Shown here: in pieces, positions 53,939 through 62,843 of the stretch | Numbering within the stretch: position 1 is the first letter of the stretch | How the letters are laid out: the number at the start of each line of letters is the position of its first letter | From: an uncultured Oscillospiraceae bacterium | GTDB taxonomy: Bacteria > Bacillota > Clostridia > Peptostreptococcales > Anaerovoracaceae | NCBI GenBank assembly: GCA_964612345.1 | Contig: CAZTEH010000004.1 | Location: 18,265-82,264, forward strand | DNA length: 64,000 nt | Direction of reading: 5' to 3' | Made by a program: the position numbers and the translations under genes | The notes under the pieces: model-generated | The model's database searches: none | Told to the model about the DNA's origin: nothing | Seen by the model: only the letters and a program-made list of their open reading frames with translations

Positions 53939-55672
53939 TTGTTAGTATTGGTGAAAAATATGTTTCTGATGTTTTATTATGCGCTGATTCTGTCCATATT
54001 CCTTTTTATATTTGCATTCGTTTTTTTATCCATTTACAAAAAAACCCATGAAAGAGCCATCGGGTTCTGGGGTGCCAGCTGGGGACTTTACGGTGTGGGC
54101 GTTCTCATGCAGATTCTTTTCATCGATGTGATCCCAAGCACCTATCTCCTGACCTTTCAGCAGGTGGTTTTTTCGCTCAGCGCGTTGATGCTGCTGACAG
54201 GCACCTATCACTTAACGCAGAAGGATGTGCCGCGGTTATGGACCTGGCTGTTTTTGGGCAACATGCTGTGGATCATTCTCTGCTTGAATTTTGATTTTAT
54301 CTATTTTATCGAAGTGCTTCCACTGTCCCTTTTCTACAGCGTCGTTGCCATCTACACGGGAATCGAATTTTTGCAGGAATGGCCCATTGAGGGAACGGAA
54401 AAGAGTGTCACCGGAATTATTTTTATCATCTGGGGGATCCATAAGTCTTATTATTTTTATCTGAACCCGGACTTTACTTCTTCCTCAACCCATTATATTC
54501 TGGAGCTCGCGCTGATACTGGCGCTGAATGTGGCCATCTTCTTTGTCTTCCTCCAGAAGAACAACAATACCCTGAAAAGAAACGAAAAGATCTTTCGGCT
54601 GCTGACGGAGAATTCAAGGGATATCATTTATCTTTATACAACAAAACCGGATCCGTGTTTTGAATACATCAGCCCAAACGTCACACGAATTTTGGGCTAT
54701 ACGCAGAATCAGTTTTACGAAAATCCCTATCTGCTGCTGGAATGCGTTCATCCGGAGGACAAGGCATTGTTCGACTTGAGCAATACGCCAAACCTTTCCC
54801 CTGATTCTTCGGTTACCTTGCGGTACCTGACAAGCGGTGGGGAATACCGATGGTTCCAGGAGTATACGGCCTTGATCCACGATTCTTCCGGTGAGATCTT
54901 CGGCATTGAGGGAAGGATGCAGGATGTCACGGAGAACAAGAAGTACAGCGATGAAAAGAATCATTCGGAAAAGGAGCGGCAGAAGCTGCTGTATGTCATT
55001 TCCCATGAGCTGAAAACTCCGATCACAACGCTTCGGGGAAATCTGGAGGCCATTCTGGACAATAAGATCAACGACGACAAGGTACGGCTGGTGGAATCGG
55101 TTTCCAACGCATATCAGAAAACCCGCCTTCTGGAGCGGCTGGTTACCGATCTATTCGAGCTGTCACAATTTGAAAGCAGCCAATTTACCTTCAATTTCTA
55201 CCTCCTGTCCTTTGAAGAGAGCTTTCTGCCGATTTTCGAGAAGTTTTCCCATGACGCCGAGCAGGCGGGGTATGCGTTTTCCTTGCGCATTGCAGAGGAG
55301 ATCGACCGAAAAAATCTGGAGTTTATCCTGGATGTTGAAAGAATCGATCAGGTCATGTATAATCTTGTGAACAACGCCATGAAAAACACGCCGCGGGAGG
55401 GGAAAATCACAATCGATTGCAAACTCCTGAACAAGGACTTTATTATGATCCGGATATCCGATACGGGCTACGGCATTGCCGAGAAGGATATCCCTCATAT
55501 ATTTGAAATGTTCTATACGGTCTCTAATGCAAAGGGAAACAGGGGCACAGGTCTTGGCCTTGCCATATCAAAGGAAATCCTGTTCAAGCATCACGCGGAG
55601 ATTTCCGTGGAAAGCCAATTGAATGAGGGAACTGCATTCACGATCAAATTTCCTGTTGCAAATGTCAATTAA
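53939..55672 (+). CDS. Sensor histidine kinase (polytopic N-terminal membrane domain, PAS, HisKA, HATPase_c)
   Basis: About 6-7 TM segments with very short loops, then PAS (IIYLYTTKPDPCFEYISPNVTRILGY), H-box SHELKTPITTLRG, N-box LVNNAMKNTP, G1 DTGYGI and G2 GTGLGLAISKEI. The start could instead be ATG 53957. Confidence 0.85.
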   Translation: MLVLVKNMFLMFYYALILSIFLFIFAFVFLSIYKKTHERAIGFWGASWGLYGVGVLMQILFIDVIPSTYLLTFQQVVFSLSALMLLTGTYHLTQKDVPRLWTWLFLGNMLWIILCLNFDFIYFIEVLPLSLFYSVVAIYTGIEFLQEWPIEGTEKSVTGIIFIIWGIHKSYYFYLNPDFTSSSTHYILELALILALNVAIFFVFLQKNNNTLKRNEKIFRLLTENSRDIIYLYTTKPDPCFEYISPNVTRILGYTQNQFYENPYLLLECVHPEDKALFDLSNTPNLSPDSSVTLRYLTSGGEYRWFQEYTALIHDSSGEIFGIEGRMQDVTENKKYSDEKNHSEKERQKLLYVISHELKTPITTLRGNLEAILDNKINDDKVRLVESVSNAYQKTRLLERLVTDLFELSQFESSQFTFNFYLLSFEESFLPIFEKFSHDAEQAGYAFSLRIAEEIDRKNLEFILDVERIDQVMYNLVNNAMKNTPREGKITIDCKLLNKDFIMIRISDTGYGIAEKDIPHIFEMFYTVSNAKGNRGTGLGLAISKEILFKHHAEISVESQLNEGTAFTIKFPVANVN

Positions 55673-55690
55673 AAAGAAAGGGTGAGCTTT

Positions 55691-56404
55691 ATGCCAAATG
55701 AAAACATTCTGCTGGTGGACGACGAAAAAGGGATCATAGACTTCTCAACGCTATATCTGGTGGAAGAGGGATTTCATGTTTTCCCGGCTTTCTGCGGCTC
55801 GGAAGCTCTTGATATACTGAGAAAACAGAAAATCGACCTCATCGTTTTGGACATCATGCTCCCCGACATTGAAGGAACGGAGCTTTGCCTGAGCATTCGC
55901 AAAATAACGGACTGCCCGATCATCTTTGCCAGCTGCAAATCCAATGATATCGACAAGGTCATTGCACTCGGCGCAGGCGGGGATGATTATATCACCAAGC
56001 CGTTTTCCGGGATGGAGCTGGTCGCCCGCATCAAAGCCCATTTGCGGAGGAACCGGCTGGTGGAGAACCAGAAAACCGGCTCAAAATCCATGCTGGAGTA
56101 TCAGGATATCAAGATCAACACGGATACGTATGAAGTTCAGTGCGGAGACAGGAAGGTTTCCCTGTCGGCCAAGGAATTTGAGATTCTGGCGCTTCTCATG
56201 TCCAATCCTAAGCGCATTTATACGATGGAACAGATCTACGAGGCAGTCTGGAAGGAAAATTCTCTGGACGGCGATTCCAGGACCATCATCGTCTATATCG
56301 GGAACATCCGTAAGAAAATAGAGACGGACGCATCCAATCCAAGGTTTATTCTGACGGTCCGGGGCGTGGGCTATAAGTTCAACGCGAATTTGCAGACTGT
56401 GTAG
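55691..56404 (+). CDS. OmpR/PhoB-family response regulator
   Basis: ILLVDDE...DLIVLDIMLPDIEG receiver domain and C-terminal winged helix (LSAKEFEILALLM...LTVRGVGYKF). ATG 55691 is preferred over GTG 55682. Confidence 0.9.
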   Translation: MPNENILLVDDEKGIIDFSTLYLVEEGFHVFPAFCGSEALDILRKQKIDLIVLDIMLPDIEGTELCLSIRKITDCPIIFASCKSNDIDKVIALGAGGDDYITKPFSGMELVARIKAHLRRNRLVENQKTGSKSMLEYQDIKINTDTYEVQCGDRKVSLSAKEFEILALLMSNPKRIYTMEQIYEAVWKENSLDGDSRTIIVYIGNIRKKIETDASNPRFILTVRGVGYKFNANLQTV

Positions 56405-56441
56405 TCGCAAAGCAGAATTTGGGAAGAAAGGTCAAAAGCAA

Positions 56442-57368
56442 ATGAAAGAAATCAAGACGGCAGCCATGATCGGTTTGGGCAATTTGGGCATCGCCTACGG
56501 AAATCATCTTTCGAAAAAAATGCCCAAGGAAGATTTGAGGATCATCGCCGATCAAAGCCGGATCGAACGCTATGAAAAGGATTTGGTTTACTGCAACGGG
56601 GAACGCTGCGATTTTCATTACGTCACTCCGGAAGCGGTAATGGAGCCGGCAGACCTTGTTCTCATTATGGTAAAATTCCAGAACCTTGCAGAGGCCATCG
56701 GCGCCATTAAGAATCAGGTTGGAAAGGATACCGTTATCCTGTCCGCTTTGAACGGGATCTCCAGCGAAGGAATGGTAGGCGATGCCTATGGCATGGATAA
56801 GGTGCTCTATTGCGTTGCGCAGGGGATGGATGGGATCAAAACGGGAAACCGGCTGACCTATGATCATATGGGAATGCTCTGCTTCGGAGACGGAGAAGCG
56901 GGAGTCATTTCAGAGAATACAAGAACGGTAGAGACTTTTTTCAAGAAGGCAGAGCTTCCTCACGAGGTTGAGACGGATATGATGAAAAGGCTGTGGGGCA
57001 AATTCATGATGAATGTCGGCGTCAACCAGACGGCGGCCGTTTATCTGTGCAACTACGGAGGACTTCAGGAGGAAGGGCTGGCCAGAAATACCATGATCGC
57101 GGCCATGCGTGAGGTCATTCCGTTGTCTGAGCGGGTGGGACTTCCTCTGACGGAAGAAGATTTGGCCTACTGGCTGAAGGTCCTGGGATCTTTGCGACCC
57201 GAAGGAAAGCCGTCCATGCAGCAGGATATGGAGGCCGGGAAGACGACGGAGGTGGAGTTGTTCTCCGGCACGGTGCTGGAACTGGGACGAAAGTACGGGA
57301 TTTCAACACCGGTGAACGAATTCTTGTGTCAGAAAATAAAGACTATGGAGCAGCAATCAGGTTCTTGA
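56442..57368 (+). CDS. panE: 2-dehydropantoate 2-reductase (ketopantoate reductase, ApbA/PanE family)
   Basis: N-terminal AMIGLGNLG dinucleotide fold. C-terminal KPSMQQDMEAGKTTEVELFSGTVLELGRKYGISTPVN is the characteristic PanE signature. Confidence 0.75.
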   Translation: MKEIKTAAMIGLGNLGIAYGNHLSKKMPKEDLRIIADQSRIERYEKDLVYCNGERCDFHYVTPEAVMEPADLVLIMVKFQNLAEAIGAIKNQVGKDTVILSALNGISSEGMVGDAYGMDKVLYCVAQGMDGIKTGNRLTYDHMGMLCFGDGEAGVISENTRTVETFFKKAELPHEVETDMMKRLWGKFMMNVGVNQTAAVYLCNYGGLQEEGLARNTMIAAMREVIPLSERVGLPLTEEDLAYWLKVLGSLRPEGKPSMQQDMEAGKTTEVELFSGTVLELGRKYGISTPVNEFLCQKIKTMEQQSGS

Positions 57369-58812
57369 CGGATAGTCGGTTCAGGATTTTGCATAAATAT
57401 TGATAAGTCCGGTCAAAGGAAGCCAGTTCCATCCGCTCGCGCGGAGTGTGGACGTCCAGGGTGTTTGGCATCAATACAATGATATCCATTCCGCCCATAT
57501 TTTCCGCAATAGTCCCTGCATCGGTTCCGGAATGGATCCGTCGGCGTATGAAATCCTTTCCTGTTTCCTCTTTGAAAACATCGGACCAGATGCGGATGAG
57601 CGGAGAATTTTCTTCTATGGTATAACCGGAATAATGGAACGCTTCCTGATAGACCGCATTGTGATTTTCTGCAATCAGAACCGTCTGCACAACCAGATCG
57701 GAAATCTGCGCGGTGGAGATACTGCGGCAGGAATAACCGATTTTGATTCGGCTGCCTTCCATAGAAACGATGCCCAAATTCCTTGAACCAATGGGAAAAT
57801 CAGGGGCGTTCTTGTCCCATGTCTCGACTCCGACGGGGAGCATACAAATCAAGTGAATGACTTCGCCGGATGCAGCTTGGGTCAGTGCGGAGGCTGTTTC
57901 ATAACCAGAATATAATCCGCTATCGAATACGGCCGTTAATCCCGGATCGTCCTCTTTCAACTCTTTTGAGATCTCATGGACGGTCTTTTGTACAATACGA
58001 TTCAATTCACCTTCGAAGAGGGTAAAGAGCGCTTCGCATTCCTGTGGAATCCCGTTGAGGATGGTGCCTCCGGTGATGGAAATCAGCTGAACCGGATACT
58101 CGCTGCTGATCGCAGAGAGGATCCGGGCGGTGATTTGAATGGCATTTCCCTGCCCTTTTCCGATGTTCAATGCGGCATGTCCGCCCCGAAGACCGGATAC
58201 CCTCAATGAGAAAACTGCTTTATCATTCGGCACCATGGGACACTCTTTCATGATGTATCCGCAATGGATTCCGGTTGTTGAAACGATGGTGGTTCCTTCT
58301 TCCAGTCCGTCCAGCGCGATCAGCATTTTTGACGAGAGCTTCGAATAATCGAGGTGGCGGGCGCCTCCCATTCCATCCTCTTCCTGTACGGTGAAGACAC
58401 ATTCCAGAGGGGGATGCATGATCGCCGGATGATCCAATATGGCAAGCATCAAGGCCACTCCGGCACCGTCGTCAGATCCAAGGGTGGTGCCCTGCGCTTT
58501 CACCCATCCATTCTCCACGATCAGCTTGATGGATTCGGTGGAAAAATCAAAAGATGTTCCCGGCTCCTTTTCGCAGACCATATCGAGATGCGCCTGCAGC
58601 ATGACTGATTTCGAGTTTTCACAACCCGCCGTTCCGGCCTTTTTTATGATCACATTGCCTATTTTATCCTGATCGAACCAAAGGCCTCTGTTTTTCGCAA
58701 ACGCAACGATGTAATCGGAAACAGCCTGTTCCCGGAAAGACTGCCGTGGAATTCTGCTGATCTCTTCAAAGAATTTTTGATGGGGCTTTGTTGTATCCAG
58801 AACACATTCCAT
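57343..58812 (-). CDS. pepD: Aminoacyl-histidine dipeptidase (PepD, M20 family)
   Basis: FFEEISRIPRQSF.E..VSDYIV.FAKNRGL....D..GNVIIKK.GT.G, LQAHLDMV and GSDDGAGVA. 489 aa, GGAGGAG RBS. Confidence 0.85.
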   Translation of the reverse strand: MECVLDTTKPHQKFFEEISRIPRQSFREQAVSDYIVAFAKNRGLWFDQDKIGNVIIKKAGTAGCENSKSVMLQAHLDMVCEKEPGTSFDFSTESIKLIVENGWVKAQGTTLGSDDGAGVALMLAILDHPAIMHPPLECVFTVQEEDGMGGARHLDYSKLSSKMLIALDGLEEGTTIVSTTGIHCGYIMKECPMVPNDKAVFSLRVSGLRGGHAALNIGKGQGNAIQITARILSAISSEYPVQLISITGGTILNGIPQECEALFTLFEGELNRIVQKTVHEISKELKEDDPGLTAVFDSGLYSGYETASALTQAASGEVIHLICMLPVGVETWDKNAPDFPIGSRNLGIVSMEGSRIKIGYSCRSISTAQISDLVVQTVLIAENHNAVYQEAFHYSGYTIEENSPLIRIWSDVFKEETGKDFIRRRIHSGTDAGTIAENMGGMDIIVLMPNTLDVHTPRERMELASFDRTYQYLCKILNRLSVKNLIAAP

Positions 58813-58976
58813 AGTTTAACTCCTCCAAACACACGGTTCATCTGCTTTATCATCATATTATAGCATAGGAGCGAATTTACAGATGGTATAAAAATATAAT
58901 GTAATAATTTTAAATTTCGGCTAAAATAGGATTAACAAAACTATTACAGAGATAAGAATACAAAGGAAATGAACTA

Positions 58977-61900
58977 ATGGATTTAAAATCAAGACTGTCA
59001 CTAAATAAAATAAGGGATATTGCAGGGAGCAAGATAAATTATGTGAGAGGAGAGGAATACCTTACAAGAAAAAAAGTTACTGACGTCAAGCTTTGGGAGA
59101 ATGAAGGAGAAGAGCAGCTGTCCGCCTCGATACAAGGAAACGGAGAAGCCCCTTATATTACCAGTGTCCTCATCGCCGACTTAGGTGAAGTCATAGGCTA
59201 TGATTGTACATGCCCTGCTTTTTATGACAATAATAGGGTCTGCAAGCATATCGTAGCCCTGCTGCTTTACCGATTCAGCAATAAAGAGAAAAGAGCTTAC
59301 AAGATCATGGAGGGAGCAGGCCCATTTGATGATGATGGTTATTACGATGATGATGATGATTATGATGATTACGATGATGATCTTGAAAGAGATATCACCA
59401 CCAGAGAAGATTATGCTAGAATCGTAAATAGTCTGGAGAATCAAAAACGCGGAACGGACAAAGTTGTTTATACAGATCCGCGCATCAAAACCTTAATTTA
59501 CCGTTATGCAAACGATGATTTGGCAAAAGTTTCTGCAGAAAATAATGTAAAGGCAGTGCCTAAGCTGGATTTGTTCGAGGGAGTTGCATATTTAAGCATT
59601 ACGATTGGAAGTTCAAGGCAATATATTGTAAAAAACATAGAAAGCTTCTGCAATAACATGAAAATCAGATCGAATGTAAACTACGGCAAGGAACTGGAGC
59701 TTACTCATCATATCGATGCCTTTGAACCGGAATCACAGCCATTAGTAAGATTTATTCTAAAAAAACAGACTGAAAAAGATCATTACTCTTCTTTGAACAA
59801 CCGATATTCAGGAGGGTATGGATATCAGTATGGCGGCAGCACTTATGGACCGGAAAGAGATAAGAGGAACCTAAAGCTTTCGCCTTCCGGCATTGATGAA
59901 CTATTTGACTTACTGATCGACAAGGAAATCACGATTGGTGCAGGGAAACCTTCAAAATTAGTGAATAACACCCCTTGCTATTATTTGGAAATGAAAGAGC
60001 TTCCTGAGCAGAAGGGCTTTGTTTTAACTTTGCCTGATTATCATTACATTTTTGGTGAAAGGTACATTTATTTATATTGCAGCGAAAATTCTAAATTTGG
60101 AAAAGAGCATGGCCTTGCTAATATATTATATCGCTGCGGCGAGGATTTTTCTTTGCGGTTAAAGGATCTGATCACAGCCCGACTTGGTTCCGGACAGCCT
60201 CTTATTATATCTGATGATGACATGACATCCTTTTATGTTAATGTTTTGTCTGAACTGAAGGATATTGTAGAAATAAAAGGAGATCTTTCTAAGCTTAAAA
60301 AATTTGCCCCCGATGAAATGCAGGTAAAATTTTATCTGGACAGCCCGAAGAATGACGCCGTCACTGCTGTATTGAAACTTCAGTATGGAGACGTGGAAAT
60401 AGATCCTTATGACAATTCCCAAAAACCGCCGAAGGGCATCGCCAGAGATGAAAAAAAAGAACGAAGAATTAACATCATTATGAACAAGTACTTTAAGTAC
60501 TATGACCCACAGCAGAAGTTTTCATTTATGCAGGGAGATAACGATTTAATTTATCATTTCGTTACAGAAGGCTTTGCAGAAATTGCTAAGTTAGGTCAGG
60601 TATTTGTGTCGGACAGATTCAAAAATATGAGTGTGAAGAGGCCGCCTCAGATTGCAGTGGGTGTTCGGTTGGAAAGCGACCTGCTTCATATTGATCTGGA
60701 TACTAAGGAGCTGCCTCTGGACGAGGCAATGGATGCGTTGGAGCAATACCGGCAGAAGCGAAAGTATTATAGAATGAAGGACGGCAGCTTTCTTAAGCTG
60801 GAGGATGCCGGGTTTTCCGAACTGGCTGAGCTGGTGGAAGGGCTTGGGCTTTCCCGGAAAGATCTTTCCAAAGAAGAAATTACAGTTCCTAAATACAGAG
60901 CTTTATATCTCGATCATTTGCTGAAAAGTTCAGACAATGTTACATTTGAAAGGAATGGACATTTTAAGAGTCTGGTTAAAAATATGAAAGCAATTGATGA
61001 CAGTGAGTTTACGATTCCGGAAAGTCTGGACCATATTATGAGAGGATATCAAAAGGATGGCTATCGTTGGCTGGCTACTATGGACAGCTATGGGTTCGGC
61101 GGGATTCTGGCAGATGATATGGGTCTTGGAAAAACCCTGCAGGTCATCTCTTTACTGCTTTCGAAAAAAGAAGAAGGACAGGATCACAGCGCTTTGGTTG
61201 TTTGCCCTGCTTCTCTGGTTTTAAACTGGCAAAATGAAATACAGAAATTTGCACCCCGGATGAATGCGTTGGCTGTAATAGGCTCCCTGATAGAACGAAG
61301 AGCTTTATTAAAGCAAATGGATGACTATGATGTAATCATTACCTCCTATGATTTACTGAAAAGAGACATTGATCAGTATCAGGAAAAAGAATTCCGCTAT
61401 CATATCGTAGACGAGGCTCAGTTCATTAAAAATCAAGGAACTCAGAATGCAAAAGCAGTCAAGACCATAAAGAGCAGGCAGCGTTTTGCACTGACCGGCA
61501 CGCCGGTGGAGAACAGGCTTAGCGAACTATGGAGCATATTTGATTTTCTGATGCCGGGATATCTGTTCAGCTATCATAAATTTAAAGAAATATATGAAAC
61601 TGATATTGTAAAAAACGGCGACAAAGAAAAAACTGCAATGCTGAGCAGACAGGTTGCTCCGTTCATGCTTCGCAGATTGAAGCGCAATGTACTCAAAGAG
61701 CTGCCGGAAAAGATAGAAAGTGTAATTCATGCGCAGATGGAAGGGGAGCAGAAAAAACTGTACCTGGCAAATTTAGCAAGGGCTAAGTCGGATATTAAAG
61801 ACAAGATTAAGGAAAGCGGCTTTGAAAACAATAAACTCATGATTTTGGCTTTGCTGACCAGACTGCGGCAGATCTGCTGCCATCCATCCCTTTGTTATGA

Positions 61901-62429
61901 AGATTACAAGGCAGAAAGTGCAAAACTGGAAGCCTGCATCGAACTGCTGCTTGAGGCCTCTTCCGCCGGACATAAGGTGCTACTGTTTTCACAGTTTACT
62001 TCCATGCTGGAAATAATAGAAAAACGATTAAAAAAAGAAGGACTCTCTTACTATATGCTTACAGGCGCTACAGCAAAAGAGAAAAGAATGGAGCTGGTGG
62101 ATCACTTCAATGTAGATGATACGCAGGTCTTCCTGATCTCGTTGAAGGCAGGAGGTACTGGGTTGAACCTTACTGGGGCTGATGTTGTCATCCATTATGA
62201 TCCATGGTGGAATATTGCAGCCCAAAATCAAGCCACAGACAGGACCCACAGAATCGGGCAGAAAAACAGTGTGCAGGTGTACAAGCTCATAGAAAAAGGA
62301 ACATTGGAAGAAAAAATTCTCAAGCTCCAGGAAAGTAAAAAAGACTTGGCCGACTCTATTGTGAAAGATGATATGAAAGGATTTCAAGCACTCACACAAG
62401 ATGCATTGCTGAAGCTTTTGGAGCCATAG
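58977..62429 (+). CDS. SWIM zinc-finger + SNF2-family helicase (YwqA/RapA-like, 1150 aa)
   Basis: SWIM: CTCPAFYDNNRVCKHIVALL. SNF2 motifs: ADDMGLGKTLQ (I), DEAQFIKN (II), LTGTPVENRL (III), QATDRTHRIGQ (VI). Confidence 0.9.
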   Translation: MDLKSRLSLNKIRDIAGSKINYVRGEEYLTRKKVTDVKLWENEGEEQLSASIQGNGEAPYITSVLIADLGEVIGYDCTCPAFYDNNRVCKHIVALLLYRFSNKEKRAYKIMEGAGPFDDDGYYDDDDDYDDYDDDLERDITTREDYARIVNSLENQKRGTDKVVYTDPRIKTLIYRYANDDLAKVSAENNVKAVPKLDLFEGVAYLSITIGSSRQYIVKNIESFCNNMKIRSNVNYGKELELTHHIDAFEPESQPLVRFILKKQTEKDHYSSLNNRYSGGYGYQYGGSTYGPERDKRNLKLSPSGIDELFDLLIDKEITIGAGKPSKLVNNTPCYYLEMKELPEQKGFVLTLPDYHYIFGERYIYLYCSENSKFGKEHGLANILYRCGEDFSLRLKDLITARLGSGQPLIISDDDMTSFYVNVLSELKDIVEIKGDLSKLKKFAPDEMQVKFYLDSPKNDAVTAVLKLQYGDVEIDPYDNSQKPPKGIARDEKKERRINIIMNKYFKYYDPQQKFSFMQGDNDLIYHFVTEGFAEIAKLGQVFVSDRFKNMSVKRPPQIAVGVRLESDLLHIDLDTKELPLDEAMDALEQYRQKRKYYRMKDGSFLKLEDAGFSELAELVEGLGLSRKDLSKEEITVPKYRALYLDHLLKSSDNVTFERNGHFKSLVKNMKAIDDSEFTIPESLDHIMRGYQKDGYRWLATMDSYGFGGILADDMGLGKTLQVISLLLSKKEEGQDHSALVVCPASLVLNWQNEIQKFAPRMNALAVIGSLIERRALLKQMDDYDVIITSYDLLKRDIDQYQEKEFRYHIVDEAQFIKNQGTQNAKAVKTIKSRQRFALTGTPVENRLSELWSIFDFLMPGYLFSYHKFKEIYETDIVKNGDKEKTAMLSRQVAPFMLRRLKRNVLKELPEKIESVIHAQMEGEQKKLYLANLARAKSDIKDKIKESGFENNKLMILALLTRLRQICCHPSLCYEDYKAESAKLEACIELLLEASSAGHKVLLFSQFTSMLEIIEKRLKKEGLSYYMLTGATAKEKRMELVDHFNVDDTQVFLISLKAGGTGLNLTGADVVIHYDPWWNIAAQNQATDRTHRIGQKNSVQVYKLIEKGTLEEKILKLQESKKDLADSIVKDDMKGFQALTQDALLKLLEP
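59328..59381 (+). repeat. GAT/TAT-rich trinucleotide tract encoding an Asp/Tyr acidic linker
   Basis: gatgatgatggttattacgatgatgatgatgattatgatgattacgatgatgat encodes DDDGYYDDDDDYDDYDDD. Confidence 0.8.
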
Positions 62430-62494
62430 CTGCAGCGAAAGGCTCCATCATCCATGCTTTCATATTTTATGAACGCAGTTTTCAGTATTTTCGA

Positions 62495-62523
62495 TTGAAG
62501 TTCTAAAACAGATATGTTATAAT
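62495..62523 (+). promoter_or_regulatory. Promoter of the tRNA-Val gene
   Basis: TTGAAG (62495-62500), 17-nt spacer ending in TGt, TATAAT (62518-62523), about 65 nt upstream of the tRNA. Confidence 0.5.
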
Positions 62524-62587
62524 CCAATTCGCGGAACAAAAAAAGGCATAAAATAAATAAGACCTCCCGCAGACCATATCATAATAT

Positions 62588-62663
62588 GGGCGATTAACTC
62601 AGTTGGTAGAGTGTCACCTCGACAAGGTGGAAGTCGTTGGTTCGAGCCCAATATCGCCCACCA
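62588..62663 (+). tRNA. tRNA-Val (anticodon GAC) with encoded CCA
   Basis: Hand-folded cloverleaf. Acceptor GGGCGAT/ATCGCCC; D arm ACTC-AGTTGGTA-GAGT; anticodon arm TCACC-TCGACAA-GGTGG; variable loop AAGTC; T arm GTTGG-TTCGAGC-CCAAT; discriminator A plus CCA. Confidence 0.9.
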
Positions 62664-62666
62664 AAA

Positions 62667-62698
62667 AACCTTCTTGATTTAAAGAAGGTTTTTCTTTT
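62667..62698 (+). terminator. Intrinsic terminator after tRNA-Val
   Basis: AACCTTCTT (62667-62675) pairs with AAGAAGGTT (62682-62690), followed by TTTCTTTT. Confidence 0.7.
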
Positions 62699-62843
62699 AT
62701 CTTGTATCACCATCTTGTAGGATGGATATGATACAAGACAGCTCGCTGATAGGCATAAAAGCGTCTGATTTGAACGCTTCGGGAAAAGCTTGCGCACAAA
62801 CGTCTTGTATGGTATTGTGATGATATAAGATGGAGGTAAAAAA

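Noticed and set aside
55751-56867. Several ORFs overlapping the response regulator and panE genes (55926-56321 plus strand; 56081-56410 and 56379-56867 minus strand)
   Set aside because: They are out of frame with or antisense to genes that carry unambiguous receiver/winged-helix and PanE signatures.
58977-62429. SNF2 helicase as part of a phage-defence system (DISARM/Zorya/BREX-like)
   Set aside because: No partner genes (methyltransferase, DUF1998, PLD, ZorA/B, PglZ and so on) are adjacent. The SWIM+SNF2 architecture matches the widespread stand-alone YwqA/RapA-like helicases of Firmicutes.
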